A stretch of 64,000 nt of DNA from Dehalococcoidia bacterium (GCA_965249275.1 CBDFLQ010000007.1:64001-128000); one strand, 5' to 3'; positions 19,368 to 29,855 are shown, counted from the stretch's first letter. The notes: a model not told the origin generated them from the sequence alone. Program-made: numbers and translations.

Positions 19368-19511
19368 ATGCAAGGATATTGCGTAAAGTGTCGAGCCTCC
19401 CAGGAGATCAAAGACGCCGAGCAGATCACCATGAAGAATGGCCGGCCTGCCACCCGAGGCATCTGCCCGGTCTGCGGAACTAAGATGTTCCGCATCGGCA
19501 AGTCCAGTTAG
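19368..19511 (+). CDS. 47-aa zinc-ribbon protein (DUF5679-like), below the ORF-track length cutoff
   Basis: MQGYCVKCRASQEIKDAEQITMKNGRPATRGICPVCGTKMFRIGKSS*; purine-rich RBS. Confidence 0.9.
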   Translation: MQGYCVKCRASQEIKDAEQITMKNGRPATRGICPVCGTKMFRIGKSS

Positions 19512-19522
19512 CTAACGTCTCA

Positions 19523-19657
19523 GCCTCGGGCCTTCCGGCGCATAGTTGGCCCGAGGCAAAACCCGCTCCCGTATAACACCATCAGGTCTGGCGGCCTGTT
19601 TTTGATAAAGCGGGAGCGATATCTTATCTACCCATCTTCCAGTCAACGATAGCGCGC
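19523..19657. ncRNA. candidate structured RNA or bidirectional terminator region
   Basis: Stems GCCTCGGGCC/GGCCCGAGGC, CGCTCCCG/CGGGAGCG and CAGGTC/GGCCTG; alternative closing stem 19538-50 with 19642-55. Confidence 0.3.
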
Positions 19658-19660
19658 GCT

Positions 19661-21604
19661 TTAGCGTGCGTTGATCTTTGTTGCCACTGGGAAGTGGTCA
19701 GATGCTTGACTCCGGGTGGATGAGTATTTCGTTGACTCCAGGTCTGGGCTAGTCCATACGTAGTCGATGCGCTGGTGTGGCCCGTCCGATGGGGAAGTGA
19801 ACCCCTCGCCTTGGGTCCCTGAGTCGACGAAGGAGTCCAGAAGCCCGGCTTCCTCCAGCATGGTAATTTCCGGGTCTCCCGGCCCGCCGTTGAGATCGCC
19901 CAGGAATACGGTTCGAGATAACCCATCCCACCTTTTGAGTATCGCCTCCGACTGGGGTATTCGATGCTCCCCCTCGTCCCGGCCCGCGTGGAAGTGCGTG
20001 GCAATGACTCTCAGCGGCTCCTCATCCCCGATGTCTATTTCCACCCAGAGGAACCCTCTGTCCAGGGACAGGTCGTCGTTGTTGGGCATCTCGTGGTTTT
20101 CCGAAAGGACGATAGGATAACGGCTGAACACCGCGTTGCCCCATACGGAATCGGCGGCAGATCCCCAAGCGTAGTCCATGTCGAGACGCTGGGACAGCCA
20201 TGTCAGGATGTCGACGGACCCGTCTACCAGCCAGCCCCGAGACACCTCCTGAAGGGCAACGATGTCGGGGTTCTCAGCCTCGATAACCCGGGCTATCTCC
20301 TCCAGCTCGAATCCGCCTTCAGTGCCGAATCCCTGGTGTATGTTGTAGGCCATCACCCTGACGGGCAGCCCGTCCCCAGTCTTGACCTCCGGCTCTGACC
20401 AGGTAATGGTCAGGATTAAGGGAGACAGCATAAGCAGGGCTGCCACCCGTCCTGCCCATATGAAAGGCGCCCGGGGCCGCTCCACCGACTTCCCCCAAGT
20501 CCCCACCCAGACAGTTACGCCGATTAGTACAACTGCCCCGATAATGATCGCCCGCTGAGGCACCCCGACGCTAATGTCGTAGGCGGCGTAGTAGAGAAAG
20601 ACTGCTCCGAGAAAGATCAGCATTCCCACGCCCGAGAAGAGCGTGACCGACGTAAACCTCCTCCCTTCAAGCTCGGGGCCATTCCGGGACGCGAGGGACG
20701 CCAGCAACAATACCAGCATTAGATGCCCGATAGGCATGACGATCGCGGCAAGGGCCCCGGACTGTTCCGCCAGCAAACCGACTATTAACAGGACAGTCGC
20801 GGCCGGAACCAGGACGAGGACCAAGGGTCGGCGCAAACCCATGACGATGGCTGCCAAGGCGAGGCCCACCAGGTTGGACGCCACAATCAACGCCAGCACC
20901 CCGGGTTGGTCCCACCCGATTAGCGCCGTCTGCTGCCCGATGTTCTGGAAATAGAGCATCTCCAGGAAGAGGAACGGCCCAAGAGCCAACAGGAGCAAGG
21001 AGCCCCGATAGCTTGGTGGCTGCGCTTCCTGGCCTCGGCTGCGGATTGAGATGATCTTTGCCGATCCTGTCAGCCCTCCGGCCAGAAGTACCGCTATAAC
21101 GTCGGCGCCCACATTGTTCTGCCATGAGAGATCGACAGTGCCGAATCCACCCTTGATTGCCGTGTCCAGGGCCACGCCGACCAACAGCCCCAGCAACCAC
21201 GTTCCACCATCAATTCTCTTGCCGTTGGATACGAGCGAAGCACTGGCCGGTATAGCCCACAGGAACAGGACCGCACCCCCAATCGACAACGCGAAGTCGA
21301 CGACCGCTACGTCTACGAACTGGATGATGATCCGAGCTGCCCATAGTCCCACGGCGCTCAACTGCAGCAATCCCCCGGGGCCCATGCCTCGAGCCAAGAC
21401 GGGCGCCAGGAACATCATCAGAAAGCAGAGAAAGGCCACTCCCCCAACCCCGACCGTCGAGACTTCCCTCGCCTCCCGCATGTAGAAAAGCAGGCTGGAC
21501 ATGAACAGCCGCAGCATCTCGATGCCAACAGCAAAGAGGAGTGTGATGAAGATGAAATGCCAGATGCTGGATCGGGCGCCGGTGTTCTTTGATCCGGTGG
21601 TCAT
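19661..21604 (-). CDS. multi-TM membrane protein with C-terminal endonuclease/exonuclease/phosphatase domain (Cwh43/PGAP2IP-like)
   Basis: About 12 TM helices, then YNIH, ALQEV, GDLN, RIDYVW and SDH motifs. Confidence 0.88.
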   Translation of the reverse strand: MTTGSKNTGARSSIWHFIFITLLFAVGIEMLRLFMSSLLFYMREAREVSTVGVGGVAFLCFLMMFLAPVLARGMGPGGLLQLSAVGLWAARIIIQFVDVAVVDFALSIGGAVLFLWAIPASASLVSNGKRIDGGTWLLGLLVGVALDTAIKGGFGTVDLSWQNNVGADVIAVLLAGGLTGSAKIISIRSRGQEAQPPSYRGSLLLLALGPFLFLEMLYFQNIGQQTALIGWDQPGVLALIVASNLVGLALAAIVMGLRRPLVLVLVPAATVLLIVGLLAEQSGALAAIVMPIGHLMLVLLLASLASRNGPELEGRRFTSVTLFSGVGMLIFLGAVFLYYAAYDISVGVPQRAIIIGAVVLIGVTVWVGTWGKSVERPRAPFIWAGRVAALLMLSPLILTITWSEPEVKTGDGLPVRVMAYNIHQGFGTEGGFELEEIARVIEAENPDIVALQEVSRGWLVDGSVDILTWLSQRLDMDYAWGSAADSVWGNAVFSRYPIVLSENHEMPNNDDLSLDRGFLWVEIDIGDEEPLRVIATHFHAGRDEGEHRIPQSEAILKRWDGLSRTVFLGDLNGGPGDPEITMLEEAGLLDSFVDSGTQGEGFTSPSDGPHQRIDYVWTSPDLESTKYSSTRSQASDHFPVATKINAR

Positions 21605-22035
21605 GGGTGAGCCTCCCCCATCAGCTGGTCCAGTCGTTCGTCGCTTATCCCGAAGAAGTGGCCGACCTCGTGGATTACCGTCTGTCGGACCTGCTCCTCC
21701 ACTTCCTCGTCGGTCTCACAAATCGCTTCTATGGGCCTCTGGAAGATGAATATCCGGTCGGGTTGGCCGCCGGTGTGAAAGACGCTGCGTTCCGTCAGAG
21801 GAATGCCGTCGTAGAGGCCGAGTAGCTCCAACGGATGGTCGAGCCCGACAGAATAAAGCTGCTCGTCAGACGGGTAGTCCTTGATGACGCGGGCCACGTT
21901 GCCTTCGCCGAGGATTTCGGCAAACTCGGTTGGAAGGCTAGCCAGGGCCTTTTCCACCAGCTCGTCAAACCGGCTATGCTCGATGATATCGCCTCCAGGG
22001 GTCGGGTCCGAGGCCATTATAAGCGGTGCCGACAT
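21601..22035 (-). CDS. zincin-like metallopeptidase
   Basis: LLGLYDG, PDRIFIFQRPI, HEVGHFFG motifs; start uncertain. Confidence 0.85.
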   Translation of the reverse strand: MSAPLIMASDPTPGGDIIEHSRFDELVEKALASLPTEFAEILGEGNVARVIKDYPSDEQLYSVGLDHPLELLGLYDGIPLTERSVFHTGGQPDRIFIFQRPIEAICETDEEVEEQVRQTVIHEVGHFFGISDERLDQLMGEAHP

Positions 22036-22133
22036 GCAAAGTTCAGGATGAGTCGGACTGTTGAGAGGTGGGGGCACTAGGCATTACACTGTATCGTCGA
22101 TAGGCTACCTAACTAAGGGGAGCGACAACGACA

Positions 22134-22343
22134 ATGGCGGCTTCACAGGGATTGTCGTGCACCAAATGTGGGCACTCCCGGTTTGAGGTCGATGAAATCC
22201 GGACCACCGTTAAGATTTCCAGGTTCTTGAACATACAACACAAGAAGTTTACAGCTATAGTTTGCACCGGTTGCGGCTACACCGAGCTCTATAGAGGCGA
22301 CACCTCCAGACTGGCCGATGTGCTGGACTTCCTGGCAGCCTAA
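22134..22343 (+). CDS. small zinc-ribbon protein (DUF2082-like)
   Basis: CTKC...CTGCGYTELY...DVLDFL. Confidence 0.85.
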   Translation: MAASQGLSCTKCGHSRFEVDEIRTTVKISRFLNIQHKKFTAIVCTGCGYTELYRGDTSRLADVLDFLAA

Positions 22344-22364
22344 CCAAGACCACGGGAGAATTAC

Positions 22365-24065
22365 ATGACCATAGGCCACGAAATGATCGCCGATGTGCTC
22401 CAGGAAGCAGGCATCGAATACGTTTTCGGAATACCTGGCGGAAGCACCGGCGCCATCTACGATTCCCTATATAGCAGACCGGGTGTCAAGGCGATTCTCG
22501 CCCGGCACGAGCAGGGCGCTGCCATCATGGCCGACGCCTATGGCCGCGCCACTGGCCGACCCGCAGTGGTCATGGGCCAGGGCCTCTTTATCGGCTCAAA
22601 TGCGTCCTTCGGCATCATGGAGGCCCAGCTAAGCAGCTCTCCCATGGTAGTCCTCACCGACACCTCAGACGGGGACATGGCCCAGCACCCGGCCAACCAG
22701 TCGGGGTCGGGGGAATACGGCAGCATTGACCTGTTGGCCATCTTTCGCTCCATGTCGAAATACACAACCCTTGCCACGACTCCCAAGGAGGCCGTAATAG
22801 GGCTTCAGCTGGCGATGAAGCATTCACTAAGCGGGAGGCCGGGGCCCGGGGTGGTGCTCATGCGCAGCCGGGCGCTTGTGGGGGAGGTGGACGTCGAGTC
22901 CGCACCCTTCATCCACCCGACCCGGGGCTATTTGAACACCAAGCCCTCCGTGGCTCGCCCCGAAGACGTGGAAAGGACAGCGTCCCTCCTCGCCGAGGCC
23001 AAGTTCCCGGTCATAGTAGCGGGCAACGGCGTCCACATGGCGAACGGCCATTCACAGTTGCAGCGCCTCGCCGAGATGCTGGGAGCGGGAGTCGCTACAT
23101 CCTACAAGGGAAAAAGCACCCTCCCCGAGACCCATTCCCAGGCCCTCGGCATGGTGGGCCAGTATGGACAGCAGGCCGCCAACACCGCAGTGGGCCGTGC
23201 CGATGTTGTGCTGGTGGTCGGGGCCAAGCTCTCCAGCCAGGAGACCGTCGGAGAGACACCGTCCCTTTTCAACCCTAAGAGGCAGACAATCATCCAGATC
23301 GACGTTGAGGAACGTAACGCCGGCTGGTCCTTCCCCATTGACATTGGACTGATCGGGGACGCCAAAGAGGTAATGGCCCAGATCATCGAGGCTCTTGACG
23401 GCAGAGAACCAGACACAAGTCAGAGAGTCAAAGGCCTCGCCGCTCTGAAGAAGCAGGCCTCCTACTACAACGACCCTGAGCTTTTCATGGACTCGTCTCC
23501 CGTTATGCCCCAACGTCTCGTTCGTCTGCTGCAGGAGACCCTGGACCCCTCGACAATTATCAGTCTGGACGCGGGCAACAACAGGGTCTGGATGTGTCAT
23601 CACTTCCAGTCTCAGAGAGCCAAGACCATTTACGCTCCCGGCGGTATGGCGGGGATGGGCTGGAGCCTGCCTGCGGCCCTCGCGCTCAAGCTTGTCCACC
23701 CCGACAGGCCTGTCGTCGGGGTCACGGGGGACGGGGGCTTCATGATGTCCGTCCACGCACTTTCGACCGCCGTCCAGTACAATCTTCCCGTTGTCTACGT
23801 GGTGCTGAATGACTCCTCTTTGGGGATGGTGAGACACCATCAAGGCGAAAAGAGTATCTCCTCGGAGTTTGCAAAGACCGATCACGGGGCCATATGCCGC
23901 TCGATGGGCGGCTACGGCGTCCAGGTCAGCGATTCCAGGCAGGTACCCGACGCGCTGAGAGAGGCCTTTGCCTCGGGCAAACCCGCCGTCGTAGACGTAC
24001 TGATCGACCGAGGCCCCAACCCCGACGACTTCCGGGCCACGGCCCGGAGGCTTACGGATACTTAG
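22365..24065 (+). CDS. thiamine pyrophosphate-dependent enzyme (acetolactate synthase-like fold)
   Basis: FGIPGG, RHEQGA, GRPGP and GDGG...VLND TPP motif. Confidence 0.9.
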   Translation: MTIGHEMIADVLQEAGIEYVFGIPGGSTGAIYDSLYSRPGVKAILARHEQGAAIMADAYGRATGRPAVVMGQGLFIGSNASFGIMEAQLSSSPMVVLTDTSDGDMAQHPANQSGSGEYGSIDLLAIFRSMSKYTTLATTPKEAVIGLQLAMKHSLSGRPGPGVVLMRSRALVGEVDVESAPFIHPTRGYLNTKPSVARPEDVERTASLLAEAKFPVIVAGNGVHMANGHSQLQRLAEMLGAGVATSYKGKSTLPETHSQALGMVGQYGQQAANTAVGRADVVLVVGAKLSSQETVGETPSLFNPKRQTIIQIDVEERNAGWSFPIDIGLIGDAKEVMAQIIEALDGREPDTSQRVKGLAALKKQASYYNDPELFMDSSPVMPQRLVRLLQETLDPSTIISLDAGNNRVWMCHHFQSQRAKTIYAPGGMAGMGWSLPAALALKLVHPDRPVVGVTGDGGFMMSVHALSTAVQYNLPVVYVVLNDSSLGMVRHHQGEKSISSEFAKTDHGAICRSMGGYGVQVSDSRQVPDALREAFASGKPAVVDVLIDRGPNPDDFRATARRLTDT

Positions 24066-24103
24066 ACCCTTGATCCAATAGCACCCTACGAATTGTATAA
24101 ATT

Positions 24104-25645
24104 ATGACTAAAGACTTCGACGCGATAATCATCGGTGGAGGCCACAATGGCCTCGTAGCCTCAGCTTACATGGCCAAAGCAGGAATGAGTGTCCTGGTGC
24201 TCGAGCGCCGACACATGGTCGGCGGCGCATGTGTCACCGAGGAACTAATCCCCGGCTTCCAGTTCTCTTCATGTGCCTACCTTTCGTGGCTCCTTCAGCC
24301 CAAGGTCGTCAAGGACATGGAGCTTCACAAGCATGGTCTCGAGTTGTACAGGCTCGACCCCCACTCCGCCCGGCCCTTCCCGGACGGGAGCGGCATGCTG
24401 TTCTGGGACGACGAGGAGCGGACTAAAGAGTCTGTCGGCAGAATCAGTCCGGGAGACGTCGAAGGGTACAGGGCGTGGTCGGAGTTCTGGGACAAAGCAG
24501 CCGAAATCATGCAGCCGTACATGCTCCAGCCGCCGCCCACCATGGAAGAAGTCGTGGAGCGTGTACGAGGCACCGAGCACGAGGATGTCCTCAATACCCT
24601 TGTCACGGTCAGCATGGGCGAGCTTCTGGACCGCTATTTCGAGTCGGAGAAGATCAAGTCCTGTATGGTTTATTCCCCCGACCCCCGGGGCCTTTGGGTC
24701 GTCGGCAACGCTCTTCCGTCCGCGTACTACGCCTGCAACCGCTACGTGGACCCCGCGGACACCGGACTGCCGAGGGGAGGCATGGGCGGCCTCACCCGTG
24801 CGATGGCTGCTTCAGCACGTTCCAGTGGGGTCTCCATACGGACCTCGGCCAAGGTAAAGAAGGTGATCATTAGGGAAGGCAAGGCTATAGGTGTAGAACT
24901 CGAGGACGAGGAGCAGATCGAAAGCGCGATAGTAGTATCCAACGCCGACCCCTTCCAAACTTTCCGCCATCTTGTCGGCCTCGAGAATCTTGATTCCGCC
25001 TTCTCAGATGCTCTGTCCAAGGCCAAGACCAACTTGACCCACCTGAAATTCCACTGTGCGCTGCGGGAAGCCCCCGACTTCTCTCGCCACTTCCCTGACC
25101 AGGAGTCGAACAAATACATGGGTATGATGGACATATGCCCATCGCCTGAATACTTCCAGAACAGCTGCCGGGACACTGCAGAAGGCCGCTTCACCGATTC
25201 CCCTATTCTCGAGTTTCAAGTTCCTACTGTACTCGACGACTCCCTTGCACCGAATGGCAATCACATACTCTCGGCCTTCATCTTACACGCCCCCCGTGTG
25301 TTGGCCTCCGGGTCCTGGGACGACGCCCGGGAGGAGACCGCCGAGAAACTAATCGATAAGATCACTGAGTACGCTCCTAACTTCCGAGACGCGGTCATAG
25401 ACTGGCGGCTGATCACGCCTGACGACATGGAGAGCAGGGTCGGCCTGACGAACGGCAATATCCATCACCTGGACCTGGTGGATTCCCAGATGCTCTCCAA
25501 CCGCCCCCTTCCCGGCTGGTCCGACTACCGGACGCCGATTGAGGGACTATATCTCTGCGGGGCCGGGACCCATCCAGGCGGTGAAGTCACGGGGGCCCCG
25601 GGGCACAACGCGGCTCACCAAGTTTTGAAAGACTGGGCCTCCTGA
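24104..25645 (+). CDS. FAD-dependent oxidoreductase (phytoene dehydrogenase-like)
   Basis: GGGHNGLV, VGGAC, GGMGGL and LYLCGAGTHPGG motifs. Confidence 0.9.
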   Translation: MTKDFDAIIIGGGHNGLVASAYMAKAGMSVLVLERRHMVGGACVTEELIPGFQFSSCAYLSWLLQPKVVKDMELHKHGLELYRLDPHSARPFPDGSGMLFWDDEERTKESVGRISPGDVEGYRAWSEFWDKAAEIMQPYMLQPPPTMEEVVERVRGTEHEDVLNTLVTVSMGELLDRYFESEKIKSCMVYSPDPRGLWVVGNALPSAYYACNRYVDPADTGLPRGGMGGLTRAMAASARSSGVSIRTSAKVKKVIIREGKAIGVELEDEEQIESAIVVSNADPFQTFRHLVGLENLDSAFSDALSKAKTNLTHLKFHCALREAPDFSRHFPDQESNKYMGMMDICPSPEYFQNSCRDTAEGRFTDSPILEFQVPTVLDDSLAPNGNHILSAFILHAPRVLASGSWDDAREETAEKLIDKITEYAPNFRDAVIDWRLITPDDMESRVGLTNGNIHHLDLVDSQMLSNRPLPGWSDYRTPIEGLYLCGAGTHPGGEVTGAPGHNAAHQVLKDWAS

Positions 25646-25685
25646 CCGAGGCCGGACAATTTTGATGAAACGGAGACCTAGCTAG

Positions 25686-26816
25686 ATGGCCAGAAACGGG
25701 TTCAAAGTGTTGGACAGCGACATGCACGTCATGGAGCCTTCCGACCTGTGGCAGACCTACACCGATGCCAAATTCCGAGACCGCGCACCAGTATTCCGCG
25801 GCGTGGAAACGAGCCACGGGTTCACCAACAAGTGGATAGTCGAGGGTAGGATTTTCCCTGCTCATTCCGACAGGAAACCTCGGACAGAGGTACTTGCCGG
25901 TCGGCACGAGGCGATAACAGACAGGTTCGCCAAGGCACGGGCCGCCAAGTTCGACAACGTCACCCAGTTGGAAGCCCTCAAGGTTGAAGGTATCGACATA
26001 GCGGTGCTGTTCCGCACATTCGGGGCTCACGTTATTGCCCTCGACGGTCTGGACCCCGACCTCGCCCTCGCCATCTGCGCCGCCTTCAACGACTGGCTCC
26101 ATGACTTCTGCTCCGCCGACCCGTCTCGGCTTAAAAGCGCTGCCCAGATGCCCATGCACGACGTCGAGAAGGCCACCCAGGAGGCCCGCCGCGCCGTAAA
26201 AGAGCTGGGCATGGTGGCGCTCGTTCTACCCTCCAACCCGGTCAATGACAGGCCCTGGTACGACCCCTACTATGACCCGTTCTGGCAAGAAGCCGAGTCA
26301 TTGGGAGTGCCGGTCTGCTTCCACGGCATTCAGGGGGCCTATCAACAGCACATCGGGACCCGGTTCCTGGATTCCTTCGTCATAGCCCACGCCGCCACAC
26401 ACCCTTTGGAGTTGATGATGGACGTGGGCAGCATGATTGGTGGAGGTGTGCTGGAGCGGTTCCCGACCCTCAAGGCAGGGTTCCTCGAAGGCAACTGCAG
26501 CTGGCTTCCCTGGTGGCTCTGGCGGCTGGACGAGGAGTGGGAAACCTTCGGCCCGTGGGAGAGGACAAAGCTCCAGGGCCCGCCCTCCGAATACTTCCGA
26601 CGCCAGAGCTTCATCTCCGTGGACGTGGACGAGTTCATGGTCAAGAACGTCATCGAGACTGTCGGGGACGACAACCTTGTCCTTTCCACTGACTACCCCC
26701 ACCACGACTCCAAGTATCCCGATGCCCTGGCCACCTTCCTGGAGATGGACGTCGTCCCCGAACCTTCGAGGAAGAAGATCCTCTGGGACAACTGCGCCAG
26801 GCTCTACGGCATATAA
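25686..26816 (+). CDS. amidohydrolase_2 family protein
   Basis: DSDMHVME, FND, FH, LEGNCSW and STDYPH motifs. Confidence 0.9.
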   Translation: MARNGFKVLDSDMHVMEPSDLWQTYTDAKFRDRAPVFRGVETSHGFTNKWIVEGRIFPAHSDRKPRTEVLAGRHEAITDRFAKARAAKFDNVTQLEALKVEGIDIAVLFRTFGAHVIALDGLDPDLALAICAAFNDWLHDFCSADPSRLKSAAQMPMHDVEKATQEARRAVKELGMVALVLPSNPVNDRPWYDPYYDPFWQEAESLGVPVCFHGIQGAYQQHIGTRFLDSFVIAHAATHPLELMMDVGSMIGGGVLERFPTLKAGFLEGNCSWLPWWLWRLDEEWETFGPWERTKLQGPPSEYFRRQSFISVDVDEFMVKNVIETVGDDNLVLSTDYPHHDSKYPDALATFLEMDVVPEPSRKKILWDNCARLYGI

Positions 26817-26860
26817 ACGTTTTACATAATCACATCGACATTGACATAAGAGAGGCATAA

Positions 26861-28018
26861 ATGGACATCGACAAGATCAGGTCGCAAATTCCCGTCTGTA
26901 GCAACCTTACCTACCTGAACACCGGTTGGTCGGGCCCGTCTCCCGAGCCGGTCCTCGACGCCATCAAGGCTAGGATCGACTACGAGTCGGCGGAAGGGCC
27001 TGTCAGCAAGCCGGTTCTTGAGTCCGGCCACGAAATCGAGGACGGCACCCGGCAGGCCGTGGCAGGCCTCCTGAACGTCGCCCCGGACGAGCTTGCGTTG
27101 ACCCAGAACACCACCGAGGGCCTGAACATGGTGATGGCCGGCTTCCCCTGGCAGGAAGGCGACGAGATCATCACATTCGACATCGAGCACCTGTCCGTAA
27201 TGATCCCATGCCTCTACGCAGAGAAAAGGCACGGGGTGAAGGTGCGGGTAGTCGAGTTGGGCACCAACGATGAATGGGACACGATCCTGAGCAAAGTCGA
27301 GGCGCAGATGAGTCCCCGCACTCGGATGATCGCCTTCAGCCACATCCAGTTTTCCTGTGGCCTGCGCATGCCCCTGGAGGGAATCCGCTCCCTGACCAAG
27401 GATAAGGGCATCTACATGCTGGTAGACGGGGCCCAGACCCCGGGCCACATCGCCCTTGACCTTTCAGGATCGGGCGTGGACTTCTACTTGACTCCCGGCC
27501 ACAAGTGGATGCTCGGGCCGGAGGGCACAGGCGCTCTGTTTATCAGGCGAGACCACATAGAGATGATCAATCCCTCCTACGTCGGGCACAGCGCCGTCAA
27601 CACTGAGAAAAAGCCCCTTGAATTCGAACTTTCCGGGATGAACAAGTTCAAAGTCAGCACCACCAGCGCAGCCCTGGCAGCGGGTTACGGAGCCGCCATC
27701 GGCTTCATCAACGACGCCGGCCCCACAGAGATCGAGGCCCGTAACATCGCCCTGTCCAGCTATCTGAAGGCCAAACTGCTGGAGCGTGGCGGCTACGATG
27801 TTCTCTCGCCGCTGGAAGGCCCGGGACTCTGCGGTCTCACTTCCTTCCGCGCCGAGGGCGCGACATCCCAGGAGATTGTAGATCGGTTGTGGGAAGACCA
27901 CAGGATCGTGGCCCGGTCGGTGGGCGGTGTGGATTGTGTCCGAATCTCCTCCGACTTCTACAACACGGAAGAAGAGCTCGACCGGCTCATGGAGGCGCTC
28001 TCGGCTATCGTAGCCTAG
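26861..28018 (+). CDS. class V PLP aminotransferase (cysteine lyase/epimerase-like)
   Basis: YLNTG, NTTEG, EH, VDGAQ and GHKW motifs. Confidence 0.88.
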   Translation: MDIDKIRSQIPVCSNLTYLNTGWSGPSPEPVLDAIKARIDYESAEGPVSKPVLESGHEIEDGTRQAVAGLLNVAPDELALTQNTTEGLNMVMAGFPWQEGDEIITFDIEHLSVMIPCLYAEKRHGVKVRVVELGTNDEWDTILSKVEAQMSPRTRMIAFSHIQFSCGLRMPLEGIRSLTKDKGIYMLVDGAQTPGHIALDLSGSGVDFYLTPGHKWMLGPEGTGALFIRRDHIEMINPSYVGHSAVNTEKKPLEFELSGMNKFKVSTTSAALAAGYGAAIGFINDAGPTEIEARNIALSSYLKAKLLERGGYDVLSPLEGPGLCGLTSFRAEGATSQEIVDRLWEDHRIVARSVGGVDCVRISSDFYNTEEELDRLMEALSAIVA

Positions 28019-29280
28019 GCTGTCAGCCTGCGCTCGACCAACCGGCCCCGCTTAAAGACGGCCGCCACGTCCGCCAACGCGGATGGATTCTTGCTAGGGT
28101 TGCCGTTCGCCACCAGGACGTCTGCCTGCTTCCCTGCCTCCAGGGTCCCGACTCTGTCGGAGATTCTGAGAGCCCTTGCCGCTTCGCTGGTTCCCGACAT
28201 CAAGGCTTCCATGGGGGTCAGCCCTGCCTTGGCTAAAGCCTCGATTTCCCGGGAAAAGTAACCGAACGGATATGCGCCCCAGCCGCAGTCGGAACCTGCC
28301 ACGAACTTGGCCCCCATTTCCCGTAGGCGGCTGCACTCGTCTATGCGTTCCTGCACGGCTCGCTCGCCCTTGACCACTTCCTGCTTGTCCTCGTCGGTGA
28401 GTTCCTGGGCCTCGGCCTTCTCCCTCAGCAGCCTGAGCCTCGACTGCCACATAGCGAGGGTTGGGTTGTTCCAAACACCCTTGGATACCAGCTTCTCGGC
28501 CACCGCTTCATTGAATTGGTAACTCTCGTCGGGATTGGCAAATACGCAATGTGCGATCATGGAAAATCCGGCGTCGACGGCCATCTCTATCCCCGCCGAG
28601 CATCGCGCATGTCCAAAGGTGGGCACGCCCTTCTCTCTCGCCGCGCCCGTAATGGCTTCCAGCTCTTCCAAACGGAAAGCTGCAGCGTAGGGTCGGGTCC
28701 CGAGGGTGCTCCCTCCGGTGGTCATTGCCTTCAGGAAGTCTGCGCCCGCATTCAGGTGCTCCTGGGCCTTGGCCCGTGCCTCCTCGGGCCCTGAGACCTC
28801 GGAGCCCATAAACCAGCAGTGCCCCCTGCGGATGGTGATGGGGTTGCCGCAGGCCAGCACGTCTGCCCCTATTACCGTTCCCTTCTCCAACGCAGCTTTC
28901 AACCGGAACCCGAGGTCATTCCACGCCCCGAGGTCGCACACGGTAGTGACCCCGGTTTCCAGAGCTATGCGCACGTTCCTGAATGAACGGGTCAGGCGAA
29001 TCTCGTCGTCATCCTCTGCGTTGACGTCCTCGCCCTTGCGGCTGTTACCGGGCATGTTGGTGTGGGTGTGGCAGTCGATGAGTCCGGGAACGATTGATGC
29101 TCCAGGGTATTCGAGCACGGGCCCCAAGACCGCGTCTTTGGCCTGGGCCTTCGGAATTACCCCTTTGATCAGCCCATCTTCAAGAACGAGGGCCGACCTC
29201 TCGTCAGCATCCCCTCCCAGGCCGTCGATGATCCTGTCGGCTATGAGGATTGATGTCCCGGATCCGTCGTGTTCAGGCAA
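28015..29280 (-). CDS. amidohydrolase family protein (prolidase-like)
   Basis: PGLIDCHTH, GSDCG and GKQADVL motifs; GGGAG RBS. Confidence 0.88.
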   Translation of the reverse strand: MPEHDGSGTSILIADRIIDGLGGDADERSALVLEDGLIKGVIPKAQAKDAVLGPVLEYPGASIVPGLIDCHTHTNMPGNSRKGEDVNAEDDDEIRLTRSFRNVRIALETGVTTVCDLGAWNDLGFRLKAALEKGTVIGADVLACGNPITIRRGHCWFMGSEVSGPEEARAKAQEHLNAGADFLKAMTTGGSTLGTRPYAAAFRLEELEAITGAAREKGVPTFGHARCSAGIEMAVDAGFSMIAHCVFANPDESYQFNEAVAEKLVSKGVWNNPTLAMWQSRLRLLREKAEAQELTDEDKQEVVKGERAVQERIDECSRLREMGAKFVAGSDCGWGAYPFGYFSREIEALAKAGLTPMEALMSGTSEAARALRISDRVGTLEAGKQADVLVANGNPSKNPSALADVAAVFKRGRLVERRLTA

Positions 29281-29312
29281 AAGATGCTCCCTTCGGAGAA
29301 TTCTGCTGGGCG

Positions 29313-29471
29313 CTAGTCCTGCTCATTCTGCATTTGCCGGTTCTTTGCAGCGTTCATTTGCCACTGCCGATCCTGGAGCCATAATATCACCACGGCTGTG
29401 GCGGCCACCCCGACGACTGATAGCGTAATAAACCCAATAGATGCCAAGAAATATAAGATCAATTTGCCCAT
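29313..29471 (-). CDS. 52-aa single-TM small protein, below the ORF-track length cutoff
   Basis: GGGAGGT RBS; MGKLILYFLASIGFITLSVVGVAATAVVILWLQDRQWQMNAAKNRQMQNEQD*. Confidence 0.65.
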   Translation of the reverse strand: MGKLILYFLASIGFITLSVVGVAATAVVILWLQDRQWQMNAAKNRQMQNEQD

Positions 29472-29535
29472 GCTATTACCTCCCGGAGACCCCGCGGCAC
29501 TAGGGCCTATTGCAGCATCCCGGCCGTTGAAATGA

Positions 29536-29610
29536 TGGTCGGGGTGGCCGGATTTGAACCGGCGACCTCATGGTCCCAAACCATGCGCGCTACCCCTGCG
29601 CTACACCCCG
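29536..29610 (-). tRNA. tRNA-Pro(TGG)
   Basis: CGGGGTG...CATGG-TT-TGG-GA-CCATG...GGTTCAAATCC...CACCCCGACCA. Confidence 0.97.
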
Positions 29611-29855
29611 ATGGTCAAATCATATTCCGGGCCCGTATGCCGGTCAAGGAAAACGGCTCGGCACACGGCTCCGGAATGGACAATCCCCACCCCCCAAACT
29701 AGACTTCCCACCTGCCCGGAGATATTTCCATGAACAACCGTAAGACGATATTGCTGATAGGGGCCTTTCTACTCGCAGCAGGCCTGAGCCTCTTGGCCCG
29801 ACTGCTTGACGATAGGAAGAAGGCCCGCACCCCTGAATCGGGACCTGGTCCCGAT

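Noticed and set aside
29402-29550. 13-bp match to the tRNA-Pro 3' end as an att site
   Set aside because: It is inverted rather than direct and lies inside a small ORF; probably chance.
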